Below, piece by piece: positions 62,704-64,000 of a stretch of DNA of 64,000 bases. Numbering within the stretch: the stretch's first letter is position 1; the number at the start of each line of letters is the position of its first letter. The notes under the pieces are model-generated. The model made no database searches. It saw nothing but the letters and a program-made list of their open reading frames with translations, and had not been told where the DNA came from. This stretch comes from an uncultured cyanobacterium (GTDB lineage Bacteria; Cyanobacteriota; Cyanobacteriia; Cyanobacteriales; CAWCAG01), in the NCBI GenBank assembly GCA_963803805.1, contig CAWDOD010000007.1:17040-81039 (forward strand), given 5' to 3'. The translations under genes were made by a program, and so were the position numbers.

Positions 62704-64000
62704 ATGAACGAAACAAAAATCAGCAACCGAGACTTATCTAAAATGTTATTAGCTCTTGGTGTTGGCATCACCCTGATTTACTTAGCTTTCCTTAAACCAG
62801 GAATTTGGGGTCATGATGGTAATGATATGCTCCAAGTTTCCATCTCCTTGATCACTAAAGGAAGTTTTGCTTTACCAGATGGTTTGGGGGTGCAGGGGGC
62901 AGATGGACAATATTATTCTGTCCGCTATCCTTTGCTTTCTATTGTCGCTATACCTTTTACGGCGGTTGGTTTGGTTTTGGCTTCTGTTTTAGGCTTACCT
63001 GTTAATTATGTTGCTGGGGTTTGCGTCCTTGTTTTATCGGTGTTGTTAACGGCGGGGTGTGCAGTCTTTGTTGCCTTAATTGCTTTGCGGTTAGGAAGCA
63101 AGCCTAAATTAGCTTACCTGGCTGCATTAAGTTATGCTTTTGGCACTGTAGCTTTAGTTTATTCACGAGAATTTTTTGCTGAACCTCTGCTTAGCTTCTT
63201 AACAGCGGCTAGCCTCTACTTAATTCTTGGTCAAAAAGTGCGATCGCAACTTAGCGCCAGTTTAATTGGTGGATTGGCTATTACTGCTAAACCGGCTGCG
63301 GTGGTTATTGGCCCACCACTATCTATTTATTTATTTGCGAAAAAACGTCCTTGGTATTTAATTCTTGCTCCTTTAGTTAGTACAGCCATGGGCATGGGAT
63401 TGTATTTCAGTTACAACTATCTCCGCTTTGGGGACTGGTTTTCTTCTGGGCAAGATGGTGGCCGCTTTGGCCCTGCTGGCTTTGGGCCACGGCTATTTGG
63501 TCAATTATTCGGTTTTGGGGCAGGAGGGGGGCTAATTTGGTACTGCCCGCCGGTAATTTTGGCTGTAGTTGGTTTTTATCAAGCAGTTAAGCACAAGAAA
63601 ACCTTAGAAGCTTTAGTGGTTGTGGCTGTATTTTGCGGCTTTTGGTTGCTTCATGGTTTCTGGCGCTTTGAAGGTTGGAGTTGGGGGCCTCGCTTTATTG
63701 TCCCTACTTTACCGGGATTAATGGCTTTAGCCGCTTTAGCAGGGCATCGTTGGAAAAAAACTCTATTAGCGCTTACCTTAATCGGTTTTTTAGCTAGCGC
63801 CCCTAGTTTAGTCTCCTTTTACCAACGCCACTACGCTGAAGCATCAGATGCGGGGATAATTCAAGAAGCTTTAGAATTGTGGATTCCTCCAGCGCAATCT
63901 CCTTTGATTCAGTCCTGGGGTGCAGGTTATCGTCAAGTACAGGCGGGATTGAACAGCGATGTAGCTAATGTTCTCAAAGATGCTGGTGCGCCACCTGCAC
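62704..64000 (+). CDS. ArnT/PMT-like (GT-C) membrane glycosyltransferase, 3'-truncated by the window end
   Basis: Open frame from ATG 62704 to the window end. Multiple TM helices. Confidence 0.5.
   Translation, partial: MNETKISNRDLSKMLLALGVGITLIYLAFLKPGIWGHDGNDMLQVSISLITKGSFALPDGLGVQGADGQYYSVRYPLLSIVAIPFTAVGLVLASVLGLPVNYVAGVCVLVLSVLLTAGCAVFVALIALRLGSKPKLAYLAALSYAFGTVALVYSREFFAEPLLSFLTAASLYLILGQKVRSQLSASLIGGLAITAKPAAVVIGPPLSIYLFAKKRPWYLILAPLVSTAMGMGLYFSYNYLRFGDWFSSGQDGGRFGPAGFGPRLFGQLFGFGAGGGLIWYCPPVILAVVGFYQAVKHKKTLEALVVVAVFCGFWLLHGFWRFEGWSWGPRFIVPTLPGLMALAALAGHRWKKTLLALTLIGFLASAPSLVSFYQRHYAEASDAGIIQEALELWIPPAQSPLIQSWGAGYRQVQAGLNSDVANVLKDAGAPPA

Overview
This window is a cyanobacterial chromosomal segment. 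It carries many GCGATCGC (HIP1) octamers, 7-nt STRR-like tandem heptamers in intergenic DNA, and cyanobacterial marker genes (thf1/psb29, cpcT-family bilin lyase, a cyanobacterial-type hfq, a PEP-CTERM protein).

Regulatory and signalling genes:
- An HstK-type giant Ser/Thr-kinase/His-kinase hybrid (2308 aa).
- Immediately after it, a paralogous GAF-PAS hybrid His kinase whose GAF domain and C-terminal HisKA-HATPase-REC-tail module are near-identical mosaic copies of the first gene.
- A Cache-HAMP-GGDEF-EAL protein.
- A second Ser/Thr kinase with a DUF4101 tail.
- A NarL-type response regulator.
- A STAS protein.
- A ComFB-like protein.

Metabolic and housekeeping genes: lysS, dapF, queA, hemF, fabG, gmd, tsaC, larC, thioredoxins, and a MIF tautomerase.

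Cobalt/B12 locus: a cobalamin riboswitch precedes hupE/ureJ and cobW, followed by a canonical tRNA-Thr(CGU) and an orphan ABC ATPase.

Envelope genes: GT4 + gmd; a GT-C/GT2/GT-C trio; a flippase-like protein.

Most unusual region: the roughly 900-bp non-coding stretch at 32.8-33.6 kb, which contains a tightly packed array of aberrant tRNA-like genes.

Other oddities:
- Two frameshift-disrupted genes, with all three shifts in or next to short homopolymer runs.
- A dispersed approximately 50-nt hairpin repeat.
- An SPFH protein with a triplicated N-lobe.
- A HetZ-sized protein of unknown function with sigma-region-4-like helices.

No CRISPR array, transposase or integrase was found.
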